In this document: in pieces, positions 10,243-20,281 of the stretch
How positions within the stretch are numbered: position 1 is the first letter of the stretch
Layout: each line of letters opens with the position of its first letter
Assembly (NCBI GenBank): GCA_030651285.1
Contig: JAUSCN010000012.1
Span: 9,441 to 73,440 of the forward strand
Length of the DNA: 64,000 bases
Reading direction: 5' to 3'
Origin: a bacterium
GTDB lineage: Bacteria > Patescibacteriota > Minisyncoccia > Phycocordibacterales > Phycocordibacteraceae
Notes under the pieces: model-generated
What the model saw: only the letters and a program-made list of their open reading frames with translations
Databases searched by the model: none
What the model was told of the DNA's origin: nothing
Translations under genes and position numbers: made by a program

Positions 10243-10909
10243 TTATTGCTGATCGAGTTCTCCAAAGTAAGAGTGATGCGTAGGACCGGTGCGGCGACCA
10301 TTTTTTTGAAATTGCGAGCAGGGAAGTGCGCGGGGTGTTTTTGGGAAGGTCGTAGATCATTTCGATCGCACGAACAAGACCTAGATCACTGATGGAGAAC
10401 ACGTCTTCGCGGCCAAGGGAATTCATCATGAACATGTCGACCGACCAAGGACCGAGACCCCATATCTGTAGCAATTGTTGAGACGCCTCTGATTCGGGAA
10501 GTCGCTTAAGTACGAGGAGGTCTAAAGAGTTATCCCCAACTGCCTTTGCAATGGATTTGAGCGTTTTTACCTTTGCGGCCGAAATACCAGCCCTGCGTAG
10601 CTCGGCTTCCCGAGTTTTAAAAACGGACTCAGAAGTCACTCTCCTCCCACAGGCTTTCTTTACATTTGAAGTAATCGTGTTCGCTGCAGCAATACCCAGC
10701 TGCTGTGCAATAACGATGGATACCAATGATTCAAATAATTCCTTGCGTGTACGTCTCTCAGGAAGCTCTCCCGGGAGAGAAGCGTGGTGAGCCGAGGTCG
10801 CTTTATAAAAGCGCGGATCAACTCGCTTGAGATGCTTCAGTGCCGCATCCTTTCTCGACCCCTTAGAATCACCCGACTTTAACCCCTTGTTTCTAACGGG
10901 TCTCGTCAT
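10220..10909 (-). CDS. DNA-3-methyladenine glycosylase II (AlkA/HhH-GPD family)
   Basis: FESLVSIVIAQQL, HhH LLQIWGLGPWSVDM, DLG, KWSPHRSYA; start MTRPV inferred. Confidence 0.88.
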   Translation of the reverse strand: MTRPVRNKGLKSGDSKGSRKDAALKHLKRVDPRFYKATSAHHASLPGELPERRTRKELFESLVSIVIAQQLGIAAANTITSNVKKACGRRVTSESVFKTREAELRRAGISAAKVKTLKSIAKAVGDNSLDLLVLKRLPESEASQQLLQIWGLGPWSVDMFMMNSLGREDVFSISDLGLVRAIEMIYDLPKNTPRTSLLAISKKWSPHRSYASLLLWRTRSAIIKDTKAD

Positions 10910-10961
10910 GCCGAGATAGTACCATTGTCCCTGTAAGGTGCTGTATAATAGGGGGAACCCC

Positions 10962-11144
10962 ATGTATCCTATATTTAAGGCAATTTTCTGGGTGTTCGTC
11001 CTACTCCTTGCGTTTTCGTTTTTCGGCATCTCGATTCAGTCGGTCATAAACTCTCCCGCTGGTCAGCAAAATTTTGGCTATGCACTCAACCTTCTTTCGC
11101 AAACTTGGGATTGGCTCGTACACTTTGTCCGCAGCATTCCATAG
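10962..11144 (+). CDS. Small membrane protein
   Basis: 60-aa ORF with TM helix; TATAAT upstream. Confidence 0.55.
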   Translation: MYPIFKAIFWVFVLLLAFSFFGISIQSVINSPAGQQNFGYALNLLSQTWDWLVHFVRSIP

Positions 11145-11535
11145 ACAATTACATGCGGAAGGACTTGATACATACTGACAGAGCCTCGTCGTCTAGAGAC
11201 TCTAGGGTAGTGTCGTAAAAGATATATTGTGCGACGTATAGCTACTTCGAGCCTTGTACTCAATATCTATATCTATGATGACCTATGCCCTCTTGTACAA
11301 AGGGAAAGAAAATACGCCCGAACAAAAGTCATGTGAGGTTACGTATCTACACACATTAGAAAATAAATCCTGATGCTTATAGCAAATATTTTCTTGCCGT
11401 CGTCATACTCTTCTCACAAAAAGAAACAGACAAGGGGAGCGTGATTATAAGGATCCGTGACGGGGACTTCCCTATTCGAACGACATTGGTTAGCAATTAA
11501 CGCCTGAGAGATATTGGGCGTATACTTCACTGCAT

Positions 11536-11778
11536 ATGAACCCAAACGATGTACCGAAGAAATTGGTTGATCAAGCTACTGTAGGCAGTAATCCAGCGTT
11601 GTTTATGATTCTCTTCGCCACCGGTAACGAGAACCATGGGTTTGCGATAACGCCCGAAGGAGCGAAGGCATTCTACGAGAACCTAGGTGCGCATATAAAA
11701 GAATATGAAGCCACTGTTCGATCCATTGATACAACGGGTCTTGCGCCACAGATTTTGTCACCGATTCAAAAAAAGTAA
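11536..11778 (+). CDS. Hypothetical protein (DUF3467-like)
   Basis: 80-aa ORF after TATACT; ITPEGAK...L...IKEYE pattern recalls DUF3467 (from memory). Confidence 0.5.
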   Translation: MNPNDVPKKLVDQATVGSNPALFMILFATGNENHGFAITPEGAKAFYENLGAHIKEYEATVRSIDTTGLAPQILSPIQKK

Positions 11779-12071
11779 AGCGGCCCGTCTTGCCATCCTC
11801 ACCGCAACACGAGCAAGGCATTCTGGCCGATTCCAGTAACTCCTGAAGTTATTTTTTTATTGCAAGAAGAATCACCTGCGCCAAACTAATGAAGGTGCTC
11901 ATGAGTCCCGTCCAGAACGCGTAGACTTCAAGATTATTTCTCCAGCCTTTTTTCTTTACCATAGGGAAGAGGATAGCACGTGCCCCTCCCTCACTTCCCT
12001 TTCTATGTGCATTGCGATAGAAGGCTTTGCTCAAGAGCCGTTTTTGACTGTAATCCATTCCCATAAAAATG

Positions 12072-12845
12072 TTAACAAGAGACGTTTGCGGTCACTTGCT
12101 CGTATGCTTCGTCGACAGAATCGACAATGGTGTAGAGGGTCATGTCTTTTTCATCGATTGCACCACGACTCTTGTATAAGGTCTGCTCGATAAACGCATG
12201 GAGCGGTTCCCAATATGCTTTTCCAAAAAGAATGATTGGCACTTTGCGAATCTTCTTGGTCTGCACCAAGGTAACGATTTCAAAAAACTCATCCAGCGTT
12301 CCAAAACCTCCCGGGAAATAGACATATACCTCAGATGCGTACGTAAGCATCACTTTGCGCACAAAGAAATGATCGAAGCCGAACTTCTCGGTAAGGTACG
12401 GATTGTAGTGCTGTGCCTGCGGAAGATTGATATTAAGCCCGACAGAGGCACCACCAACTTCAAATGCCCCCTGATTTCCTGCCTGCATGATGCCAGAACT
12501 ACCGCCAGTCACGACAGCAAACCCTTTCTTAGCCAGTCGCTGTGCAAGCTCTCGAGCATTCTTATAGGTCTCGTCATCGATTGATACGCGTGCACTGCCA
12601 AAAAAGGTCACTGCAAGCCCGTAGCGGCGGATAATGTCGAATCCCTCGATGAATTCTGACATTATCTTGAAGACGCGCCACGATTCTATCTTTTGTGGCT
12701 TACAGACAAGGAGCGGATGCTCTTCTGGCATCGTGCGCTGACCTTCGTGAACCACTTTTGCAAGACGCTCGGCCGTCTTGTTGATCGACACATCGCGCGA
12801 GAGCAGGTCTGAGGACTGAGTAGCGCTAGTCGAATGTTCATTCAT
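12072..12845 (-). CDS. LOG family nucleotide phosphoribohydrolase (TIGR00730-like)
   Basis: VTFFGSAR, TGG..GIM.AGN, FFVRK, PGGFGTLDE. Confidence 0.93.
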   Translation of the reverse strand: MNEHSTSATQSSDLLSRDVSINKTAERLAKVVHEGQRTMPEEHPLLVCKPQKIESWRVFKIMSEFIEGFDIIRRYGLAVTFFGSARVSIDDETYKNARELAQRLAKKGFAVVTGGSSGIMQAGNQGAFEVGGASVGLNINLPQAQHYNPYLTEKFGFDHFFVRKVMLTYASEVYVYFPGGFGTLDEFFEIVTLVQTKKIRKVPIILFGKAYWEPLHAFIEQTLYKSRGAIDEKDMTLYTIVDSVDEAYEQVTANVSC

Positions 12846-12866
12846 GTTCTCAACTATGATACCAGA

Positions 12867-13229
12867 TTAAATTCCCGGGCAATTCGTTGCAGGAGAATAA
12901 CCGGCCCTTCGTGCCACATCGATAGACTCGAACCAGACTTTATTAGCATCTGAAATGCGCGTCGCACCTGAACACTGAGGGAGATAGTATTTCGTCCCAT
13001 TTCTTGAGGCAACCACCTTCCCTTCCCCAGGCGAAACTTCGGGGGAAATGTTCTCTGGACTGACTTCTACGAGCGAAAATTGGGTTGTTTGGGCTGTATC
13101 CCGGCCAGCCAGGTACCCGAGCCCGAAACTGAGGGAAGAAGCCAGTAAAAGGATAGTAATGATCAGCACATCCCGGGGTATACTGCCTATAAAGGCTTTG
13201 CATTTCTTATGGGATTCTGATATAGTCAT
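12867..13229 (-). CDS. Membrane-anchored protein with Ada metal-binding-like C-terminal domain
   Basis: TM helix then VASRNGTKYYLPQC...WF.S...A..AGY.P..NC. Confidence 0.7.
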   Translation of the reverse strand: MTISESHKKCKAFIGSIPRDVLIITILLLASSLSFGLGYLAGRDTAQTTQFSLVEVSPENISPEVSPGEGKVVASRNGTKYYLPQCSGATRISDANKVWFESIDVARRAGYSPATNCPGI

Positions 13230-13248
13230 CGTGTAAAACTATACCACC

Positions 13249-13521
13249 ATGGCATCAACAAAAGCAGGCGGCTCAGCGAAAAACCTCAATACTTCAAACC
13301 CGAAATACCTCGGAGTGAAGCTTGCTGATGGTGCTTCGGCTCGTCCAGGAATGGTCATCGTCCGCCAGCGCGGCACGAAGATCGAGGCAGGAAAGAACGT
13401 CGGCATCGGCCGCGATCACACCCTCTTCTCTCTCGCTACTGGTACCGTCTCGTACCGCACTCGCCGAAAGACGAGCTTCACGGGAAAGAATTTCGCGAAG
13501 AAAGTAGCAGACGTTATCTAA
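13249..13521 (+). CDS. rpmA: 50S ribosomal protein L27
   Basis: [27 protein letters not shown]. Confidence 0.96.
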   Translation: MASTKAGGSAKNLNTSNPKYLGVKLADGASARPGMVIVRQRGTKIEAGKNVGIGRDHTLFSLATGTVSYRTRRKTSFTGKNFAKKVADVI

Positions 13522-13542
13522 CTCTAAGTTTTCAGTAGGAAC

Positions 13543-13580
13543 AAAAGAAAAACCGCGGCATAAACCGCGGTTTTTCTTTT
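13543..13580. terminator. Bidirectional intrinsic terminator between rpmA and rplI
   Basis: AAAAGAAAAACCGCGG-cataaa-CCGCGGTTTTTCTTTT. Confidence 0.85.
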
Positions 13581-13597
13581 AGTTTTTTTAGGAAAAA

Positions 13598-14041
13598 CTA
13601 TTCAGCCTCGATAGTGATTGAGAACTTTCCGAATGCTCCCGCGACAGCGACCGGCACTTCGAAGGTACCGCATTCTTTGAACGGCTTTTCAAGCTTGATG
13701 GCGTCGTCAGAAAGGTCGACATGTGCCTGCTCCTTTGCTGCCTGACGGATCTCATTTTCCCCTATTGCATCATAGAGATGATTCTTCTCATTTACCTTCG
13801 CCTTTATGACGATACGTGCCTCGACAAGAGCAGCGACATTCTGAGCGAGGAGCGCTGCGTCGAGCGCCGAACGGTCAACCACCTGCTTGCGGCGAAGTTC
13901 CGCCTCCTTCTGGGCCGTCGGGGTTGCCGAAACAGCAAAATGCTTCGGGATTAGGTAGTTCAGAGCATGACCATCGGCCATGTCGACCGTCTCATGCTTG
14001 CGCCCAATGCCCTTGATATCCTTCAACAAAATTACTTTCAT
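13598..14041 (-). CDS. rplI: 50S ribosomal protein L9
   Basis: MKVILLKDIKGIG...DGHALNYLIP. Confidence 0.95.
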   Translation of the reverse strand: MKVILLKDIKGIGRKHETVDMADGHALNYLIPKHFAVSATPTAQKEAELRRKQVVDRSALDAALLAQNVAALVEARIVIKAKVNEKNHLYDAIGENEIRQAAKEQAHVDLSDDAIKLEKPFKECGTFEVPVAVAGAFGKFSITIEAE

Positions 14042-14059
14042 GTGAACCAGCGTACATCA

Positions 14060-15316
14060 TCACTTGCCGGTAGTCAAAAAGTCTACCGCCCGCTTCATCT
14101 GCGGATCGCGCTTCGCCTCAGCATCAGCTGCCGTGAACGGCGCTGCGATATCCGGCGCGATACCGTTACCCATGATCCAGTGCCCTGCGGGAGTGACCCA
14201 GCGGGCAATAGTGACTTTGAGCGAGCCACCATCGAGATCGTAGAGGGTCTGCACTGATCCTTTTCCGAACGATTTCGTTCCAATCAGAGTTGCGACTTTT
14301 GCGTCTTGCAGAGCGCCGGCAAGAATTTCAGACGCTGAAGCGGAACCGCCATCAATAAGCACGACGACTTTCGCTCCTTGAGGAAGATCGTTATAGCCAT
14401 GACTCGAGTGCACCTGATTTGGTTCTTTGCCGCCGAAATCTTCCGTTACGACCACTGTACCTTTCGGAAGGAAATGACTTGCAATATCGACTGCTGCGTC
14501 GAGATATCCGCCCGGATTAGAACGCAGGTCGACAATGAGCTTTTTTGAGCCAGAAGCCTTGAATCGGGAGAACGCCTGACTGAAGAGACTCGCTGAATTC
14601 GAGGTGAATTCATACAGCGCAATGCTATAGACACCACTCTTTTCATCGAGAGAATCTTTAGTCTCAGGCACTTGGATCGTATCGCGCACGACTTTTATCT
14701 CGAATGGCGTGCCGCCATTGCGGATAATGGTGAACTCAACGGTCGTACCGATCTCGCCACGTATCTTCTTCACAGCTTTTTCAGTCGAAAGACCGTCGGT
14801 CGATTTTCCATCGATGGCGATGATTTGATCGCCTGCTCGTATGCCCGCAGCCTCTGCCGGAGTGCCTTTAAGAGGAGCTACGACGGTCAGCACACCCTCT
14901 TTCACACCGATCTCCATGCCGACACCGGCAAAACTTCCTGAAATATTTTCAGCGAACGATTTCGCCTCTTCTGGCGGGAAAAATACCGTATATGGATCGC
15001 CATATGAAGAAGCGAGGCCACTGATGGCACCATGCAACCGCTCTTTCACAGTAGGAAGCGTCGAAGATGCGTGTGTGCTTATGTAATTTTCATTAAGCGC
15101 GTTCCACGCCTTCCAGAAAACAACGAGATCAGCGCTCTGATCCGGCGTCGCATTAAGCCCATCACCGATGAACGGAACGCGCGACGCAATCGTCATGCCG
15201 GAGCTGCTCGTACCGACAGAAAGGCCTATGAAAAAGAAAAGTACGGCAATAAGCGCAGACGAAATACCGCGCGTCGCTACGCTAGTACCGGAGCGAGATA
15301 AGTCTTTAGATTCCAT
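14060..15316 (-). CDS. ctpA: Carboxyl-terminal processing protease (S41A, PDZ)
   Basis: GDPYT, PDZ (GTPAEAAGIRAGD), DLRSNPGG, SASASEI, SFGKGSVQ; start MESKD inferred. Confidence 0.9.
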   Translation of the reverse strand: MESKDLSRSGTSVATRGISSALIAVLFFFIGLSVGTSSSGMTIASRVPFIGDGLNATPDQSADLVVFWKAWNALNENYISTHASSTLPTVKERLHGAISGLASSYGDPYTVFFPPEEAKSFAENISGSFAGVGMEIGVKEGVLTVVAPLKGTPAEAAGIRAGDQIIAIDGKSTDGLSTEKAVKKIRGEIGTTVEFTIIRNGGTPFEIKVVRDTIQVPETKDSLDEKSGVYSIALYEFTSNSASLFSQAFSRFKASGSKKLIVDLRSNPGGYLDAAVDIASHFLPKGTVVVTEDFGGKEPNQVHSSHGYNDLPQGAKVVVLIDGGSASASEILAGALQDAKVATLIGTKSFGKGSVQTLYDLDGGSLKVTIARWVTPAGHWIMGNGIAPDIAAPFTAADAEAKRDPQMKRAVDFLTTGK

Positions 15317-15430
15317 TGTACGAAGTGTAACATGCGATGCTTCATCGCACTGTCGAGTGTGACGCCTCGACAGACAGTCGGTCAAGTGAGACACAATTAT
15401 GCACATGATCGCGTATGCTATTCTTTGCAT

Positions 15431-16351
15431 ATGATATTTCGCTACGAGTATCACGGCGGCGTCTGGATTGATCTTGAACAACCGACTGAAGAAGAATTGC
15501 GCGACATCACGCACGAATTCTCGATCAGCAGCCGCATCGAAAAAGAACTCGTCTCCCCGACCCCGACCCCGCTCGTCATAAGCGACCCTGACGCTACATT
15601 GCTCGTACTTCATTTCCCGACGCACGGGGCAGAAAAAGGCAAAATAGGAAGCCAGGAAATTGATATCGTCGTTGGCACCAAGTTCATCATCACCGTACGA
15701 TACGAAGTTATCGCACCGCTCTACCATCTGAAGAAGCAGCTTGAGACTCAGCAGCTTGTCGCCCCGCGCGCACTTATCACCGCTGAAGTATTGTTCGAAA
15801 TACTCTTCGTGCACCTCTACACCTCAGTGCACGACCAGATCAATCACACAGCCGACCACCTTACGCGCATCGAGCAGGACATGTTCGACAATCATGAGCG
15901 TATGACCGTGCGTTCGATTTCAAACATCATCCGGGAATTCCTACACATGGAAGCTACTCTGGCCAACCAGGAAGAACCTCTCAGTCGCTATATGGACGTG
16001 CTCTCGCGACACAAGTTCTTCAAAGCATCTTTCTCAGAGCGTGCCGATCATATTCTCGCGGAGCGCTCGCAAGCCTCCCGCCTCATCGAGACTCACCGCG
16101 CCGTCGCAACTGAACTCCGCGAAACGAACATGGCGCTCCTGGAAGTGCGCCAGAATGAGATCATAAAAGCGCTCACGCTGATCACGGTCATCGTGCTGCC
16201 GCTCGAACTCATCGCCGTCATCTTCGGTATACACGCCCCTGGCACCCCTATAGAAGGCGACCCAAATGCATTCTGGATCATCATGGGCATCATGTTCTCC
16301 ACCGTAGGACTCATGACGATATATTTCGCGCGAAAGCGTTGGATCTCGTAA
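15431..16351 (+). CDS. CorA family divalent cation transporter
   Basis: WIDLEQPT N-terminus, QNEIIKALT before two C-terminal TMs; GMN motif appears as GIH. Confidence 0.85.
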   Translation: MIFRYEYHGGVWIDLEQPTEEELRDITHEFSISSRIEKELVSPTPTPLVISDPDATLLVLHFPTHGAEKGKIGSQEIDIVVGTKFIITVRYEVIAPLYHLKKQLETQQLVAPRALITAEVLFEILFVHLYTSVHDQINHTADHLTRIEQDMFDNHERMTVRSISNIIREFLHMEATLANQEEPLSRYMDVLSRHKFFKASFSERADHILAERSQASRLIETHRAVATELRETNMALLEVRQNEIIKALTLITVIVLPLELIAVIFGIHAPGTPIEGDPNAFWIIMGIMFSTVGLMTIYFARKRWIS

Positions 16352-16378
16352 TATACTCAAACAACATCCTTATATCGC

Positions 16379-17839
16379 ATGAACTGGCTCGCTCGTATTT
16401 TCAAGAAAAGCACCGATACCACACCGGCCCGCGTGCCACAGATATTTTTCACTAATACCCTTTCCGGCACTAAGGAAGTGTTCGTATCCCTGAAGCCGGG
16501 TATGGCACTCCTCTACTCGTGCGGACCGACCGTCTACAGCAAAGTACACATCGGTAACTTGCGCGCATACATATTTTCAGACACAATCGCGCGCACACTT
16601 TCTGCTGCAGGATATCGCGTCCGTCGCGTCATGAACATCACAGATGTCGGCCACCTCGTCGGCGACGCCGATGGCGGAGAAGACAAAATGGCGGTCGGTG
16701 CCGCGCGAGAGCACACAACCCCCGAGTCGATCGCGGAGCGCTACACGAAACTCTTCATCGGAGATTTGGGAGATCTCAATGTCGATACCGACGACATCAC
16801 CTTCCCGCGTGCCACCGACTACATCAAAGAACAGATCGCGCTCGCAAAGACACTTGAAGAAAAAGGATTCGCCTATCAGCTTGCAGATGGGCTTTATTTC
16901 GATACTCACAAGTTCCCGAACTACGGAAAACTGGGCGGTCTTTCACAAGCCAATCTCGAGGCTGGAGCACGTGTAGAACTCGTCAGAGGCAAGCGCAATC
17001 CGACCGATTTCGTGCTCTGGAGAGCTGCGAAGCCGCATGACCTGCAGCAATGGGATAGTCCCTGGGGCCGCGGTAATCCTGGTTGGCACATCGAGTGCTC
17101 CGCGATGTCTCGCGCTCTTCTCGGACAGGAAATAGACATTCACACGGGCGGTGAAGATCTCGCACAGATACATCACAATAATGAGATCGCTCAGTCAGAA
17201 GCGGCAAGCAACCGGACATTCGTACGGTACTGGATGCACAATGCCTTCCTCACCATGAACGGCGAAAAAGCATCCAAGTCGCTAGGAAACGTAGTCTATC
17301 TTTCAGACATCATCGAGAAAGGATTTAACCCCCTCTCGCTGCGCTACTTCTTCCTTCAGGCGCACTACCGCACACCGCTTTCCTTCTCCTGGGATGCACT
17401 CGCAGGCGCCGCAAGCGCACTCGAGCGTCTCTGGAAGCTATCAGAGGAGATCGCTGACGAGTCTGGACGAGCGAGTGCACCTTCCGAGGCTCGCGATCGC
17501 TTCCTCGCCTTGATGCGCGATGACCTGTCCACCCCACAAGCGCTCGGCACCATCTGGGAGTCGCTTAAAAGCGAGGAATACACACCCGCAGAAAAATGGG
17601 GCCTCCTTGAAGCTGCCGATGCTCACTTCGGCCTTCTTCTGGTTAATCCGCCGACTCCTAAGGCTCTGACGGAAAAAGATTTACCTGAGGCGATACGGAA
17701 AATGCTTGCAGAACGCATTGCAGCCCGTACCAGCCGCAACTTCAAAGAAGCCGACCGTATCCGGACTGATATCGAAGCCGCGGGGTACTGCATCGAAGAC
17801 GGGCCGGGGGGAGCCATATTAACTAAGACCCCTCTTTGA
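16379..17839 (+). CDS. cysS: Cysteine--tRNA ligase
   Basis: YSCGPTVY..HIGN, PGWHIECSAM, DIHTGGED, KASKS. Confidence 0.97.
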   Translation: MNWLARIFKKSTDTTPARVPQIFFTNTLSGTKEVFVSLKPGMALLYSCGPTVYSKVHIGNLRAYIFSDTIARTLSAAGYRVRRVMNITDVGHLVGDADGGEDKMAVGAAREHTTPESIAERYTKLFIGDLGDLNVDTDDITFPRATDYIKEQIALAKTLEEKGFAYQLADGLYFDTHKFPNYGKLGGLSQANLEAGARVELVRGKRNPTDFVLWRAAKPHDLQQWDSPWGRGNPGWHIECSAMSRALLGQEIDIHTGGEDLAQIHHNNEIAQSEAASNRTFVRYWMHNAFLTMNGEKASKSLGNVVYLSDIIEKGFNPLSLRYFFLQAHYRTPLSFSWDALAGAASALERLWKLSEEIADESGRASAPSEARDRFLALMRDDLSTPQALGTIWESLKSEEYTPAEKWGLLEAADAHFGLLLVNPPTPKALTEKDLPEAIRKMLAERIAARTSRNFKEADRIRTDIEAAGYCIEDGPGGAILTKTPL

Positions 17840-17853
17840 TATACTGAGCGGCA

Positions 17854-19209
17854 ATGGCCGTCGACCGAGTTCCCCCTCAATCCCTTGAATCAGAACGCGC
17901 CCTTCTTGGCGCCCTACTCCTAAAGCCTGACGCCATCCACGACGTCTCGGACCTGATCCGCTCAGATTCGTACTACGCAGAGAAACACCGCATCATATTC
18001 AGCGCAATGCGCGAGCTTTCCGAGCGCGGGGAGCCAATAGACCAACTCTCCCTCTCCGAACGCCTACAGGGCCAGGGACTTCTTGAACGCAGTGGTGGCC
18101 GCAGCTATCTCGCCGAGCTCGCCGACTCAGCCCCAGCTCCAGGCAATTTCGCCCACTATGCAGAACTCGTATCACGCAAATTCTTGATGCGTTCGCTCAT
18201 CGACGCTGCGCATGGCATCTCTGAATCTGCCTATGACGACTCGCGCGAGACCATGGAAGTGCTCGACGAAGCCGAGAAAAGCATCTATGCGATCGGCAAC
18301 GCATCTGCCGCGCACAAATTCACCGCGATCGGCGATAAAGTGCACGAGGCATGGGACCGCATCGAGGCACTCTCGAAAAAAGAAGACGGTATTCGTGGCG
18401 TTCCTTCCGGCTTCCCCGCTCTCGACAACCTCCTCTCCGGATTTCACCCTTCTGACCTCGTAATCCTTGCGGCACGTCCATCGATGGGTAAGACCTCGCT
18501 TGCGCTCGACATCGCCAGGAACGCCGCAGTGCGCCACAATGTTCCAGTCGGTATCTTCTCGCTCGAAATGAGCTCTGAGCAACTCATCGACCGCATGCTT
18601 GCGGCGGAATCATTCGTCAACTCATGGAAACTGCGCACTGGCCAAGTCCGAGATGAAGAGGATTTCAATCGTATCCGTGATGCTCTTGAAACACTCTCGA
18701 AGGCTCCGATTTTCATCGATGATAAACCGGGCAATAATATTCTCGCCATGCGCGCAGTCGCGCGCCGCCTGAAGCGTGAACGCGGCATCGGGCTTATCGT
18801 TGTGGACTATCTTCAGCTCATGACACCAACTTCGACTAAGGCCTCTGATTCCATGGTTCAGCAAGTGACTGAAATATCCCGCTCTCTCAAGTCTCTTGCT
18901 CGCGAACTCAGTGTGCCAGTGATCGCCCTTTCGCAGCTCTCGCGTGCCGTCGAGCAGCGCGGGGGCAAACCTCGCCTGAGCGACCTTCGCGACTCCGGAA
19001 GTATCGAGCAAGATGCCGACGTCGTGATGTTTATTCACCGCGAAGACAAAAAGAATCCAGACAGCGACCGACACCACATCGCCGAAATCATCATCGAAAA
19101 ACACCGCAACGGCCCGACCGGTACCGCAGAACTCTTCTTCGACGAGAAGCGCGCCTCCTTCCAGCCGCTCGATACTTCCGGTTATGGCGAGCTCGCTACG
19201 GAATTTTAG
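17854..19209 (+). CDS. dnaB: Replicative DNA helicase
   Basis: AARPSMGKT, FSLEMS, VVDYLQLM, SQLSR, LRDSGSIEQDAD. Confidence 0.98.
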   Translation: MAVDRVPPQSLESERALLGALLLKPDAIHDVSDLIRSDSYYAEKHRIIFSAMRELSERGEPIDQLSLSERLQGQGLLERSGGRSYLAELADSAPAPGNFAHYAELVSRKFLMRSLIDAAHGISESAYDDSRETMEVLDEAEKSIYAIGNASAAHKFTAIGDKVHEAWDRIEALSKKEDGIRGVPSGFPALDNLLSGFHPSDLVILAARPSMGKTSLALDIARNAAVRHNVPVGIFSLEMSSEQLIDRMLAAESFVNSWKLRTGQVRDEEDFNRIRDALETLSKAPIFIDDKPGNNILAMRAVARRLKRERGIGLIVVDYLQLMTPTSTKASDSMVQQVTEISRSLKSLARELSVPVIALSQLSRAVEQRGGKPRLSDLRDSGSIEQDADVVMFIHREDKKNPDSDRHHIAEIIIEKHRNGPTGTAELFFDEKRASFQPLDTSGYGELATEF

Positions 19210-19221
19210 CCTTGCACTACA

Positions 19222-19824
19222 ATGGATCGGATCGACGAACTTGCTCACGCCCTCGCTCGCCTTCCCGGCATCGGTCCACGCCAGAGCAAGCGCTTCGTGT
19301 TTTATCTCCTCTCTGCCCCTGCAACCGAGCGAGCAAAGCTCGCAGAGCTCATAACCGCTCTTGGCAAAGATGTACACCAGTGCCCTAAATGCTTACGCTT
19401 TTTTAATGGTGCCTCAGCAAACATCTGCAACTACTGTTCAGATACTCGCCGCGATGACTCGCTCCTGATGCTTGTCGAAAAAGACCAAGACTTAGCGGCA
19501 GTCGAACGTGCTGGCACGTATCGCGGCCGATATTTCGTACTGGGCGGCGTTCTCACCCTCACTGGTAAGGGCTCAATTCGCGGGAAGGAATTGGTACGTA
19601 CAGTGGAAGAACGCCTCAAAGAAAGCCTCAAGGAGGTCGTGCTGGCTCTTTCTGCAACGAGTGAGGGTGAACACACGGCAGATCACATTCGCGAACTGCT
19701 CATGCCCTATCGCGATCATTTAAAGATATCAGCGCTCGGTCGCGGCCTCGCAACTGGTAGCGAGCTTGAATACTCTGACGCAGAAACTCTCCGCGCAGCT
19801 CTCATAAATCGCACCGAGGCATAG
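19222..19824 (+). CDS. recR: Recombination mediator RecR
   Basis: LPGIGPR HhH, C4 zinc finger, YFVLGG, TSEGEHT, ELEYSD. Confidence 0.95.
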   Translation: MDRIDELAHALARLPGIGPRQSKRFVFYLLSAPATERAKLAELITALGKDVHQCPKCLRFFNGASANICNYCSDTRRDDSLLMLVEKDQDLAAVERAGTYRGRYFVLGGVLTLTGKGSIRGKELVRTVEERLKESLKEVVLALSATSEGEHTADHIRELLMPYRDHLKISALGRGLATGSELEYSDAETLRAALINRTEA

Positions 19825-19844
19825 GATTTGGTAGAATACACGGT

Positions 19845-20231
19845 ATGGTAAAAAAGATCGTTTACTTTTTCGATAAACTAGAAGACAAAGTCCGCATCAC
19901 TCTGAGCCATCGCCCGATTCTCTACGCCATTGTCGGCGGTATCGGCATCATCCTTTTCTGGAAGGGTGTGTGGGAAATAGCAGAGGTCTTCCCTATCTTG
20001 CACGGCCTGGGCTCAGTCGTTCTTGGTGTATTCATCCTCCTCATGACCGGCCTGCTTGTATCCTTTTTTATCGGCGACAGCATCATTCTTTCTGGATATA
20101 ATCGCGAGAAAAAACTTGCAGAGAAAACCGAGATGGAGGTTCGCGAAGAAAGAAACACCGATGAATGTATCATTGAACACCTCGAGGCGATTGAGAAAAA
20201 ATTGGACGCTCAAGAAAAAGATAAACGATAG
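19845..20231 (+). CDS. Conserved membrane hypothetical protein
   Basis: Two TM helices (GIILFWKGVW), charged C-tail; TAGAAT upstream. Confidence 0.75.
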   Translation: MVKKIVYFFDKLEDKVRITLSHRPILYAIVGGIGIILFWKGVWEIAEVFPILHGLGSVVLGVFILLMTGLLVSFFIGDSIILSGYNREKKLAEKTEMEVREERNTDECIIEHLEAIEKKLDAQEKDKR

Positions 20232-20233
20232 GT

Positions 20234-20269
20234 ATACAAAAAGCACCTCCGTAGAGGTGCTTTTTGTAT
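20234..20269. terminator. Bidirectional intrinsic terminator
   Basis: ATACAAAAAGCACCTC-cgta-GAGGTGCTTTTTGTAT between convergent genes. Confidence 0.85.
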
Positions 20270-20281
20270 TGTAAGAAACGA

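Noticed and set aside
11145-11535. AT-rich 390-bp gap as ncRNA or pseudogene
   Set aside because: No convincing stems, repeats or sustained reading frame found by eye.
15317-15814. N-terminal extension of the S41 protease (584-aa ORF)
   Set aside because: Antisense to corA; a plausible start with TM anchor is at 15316.
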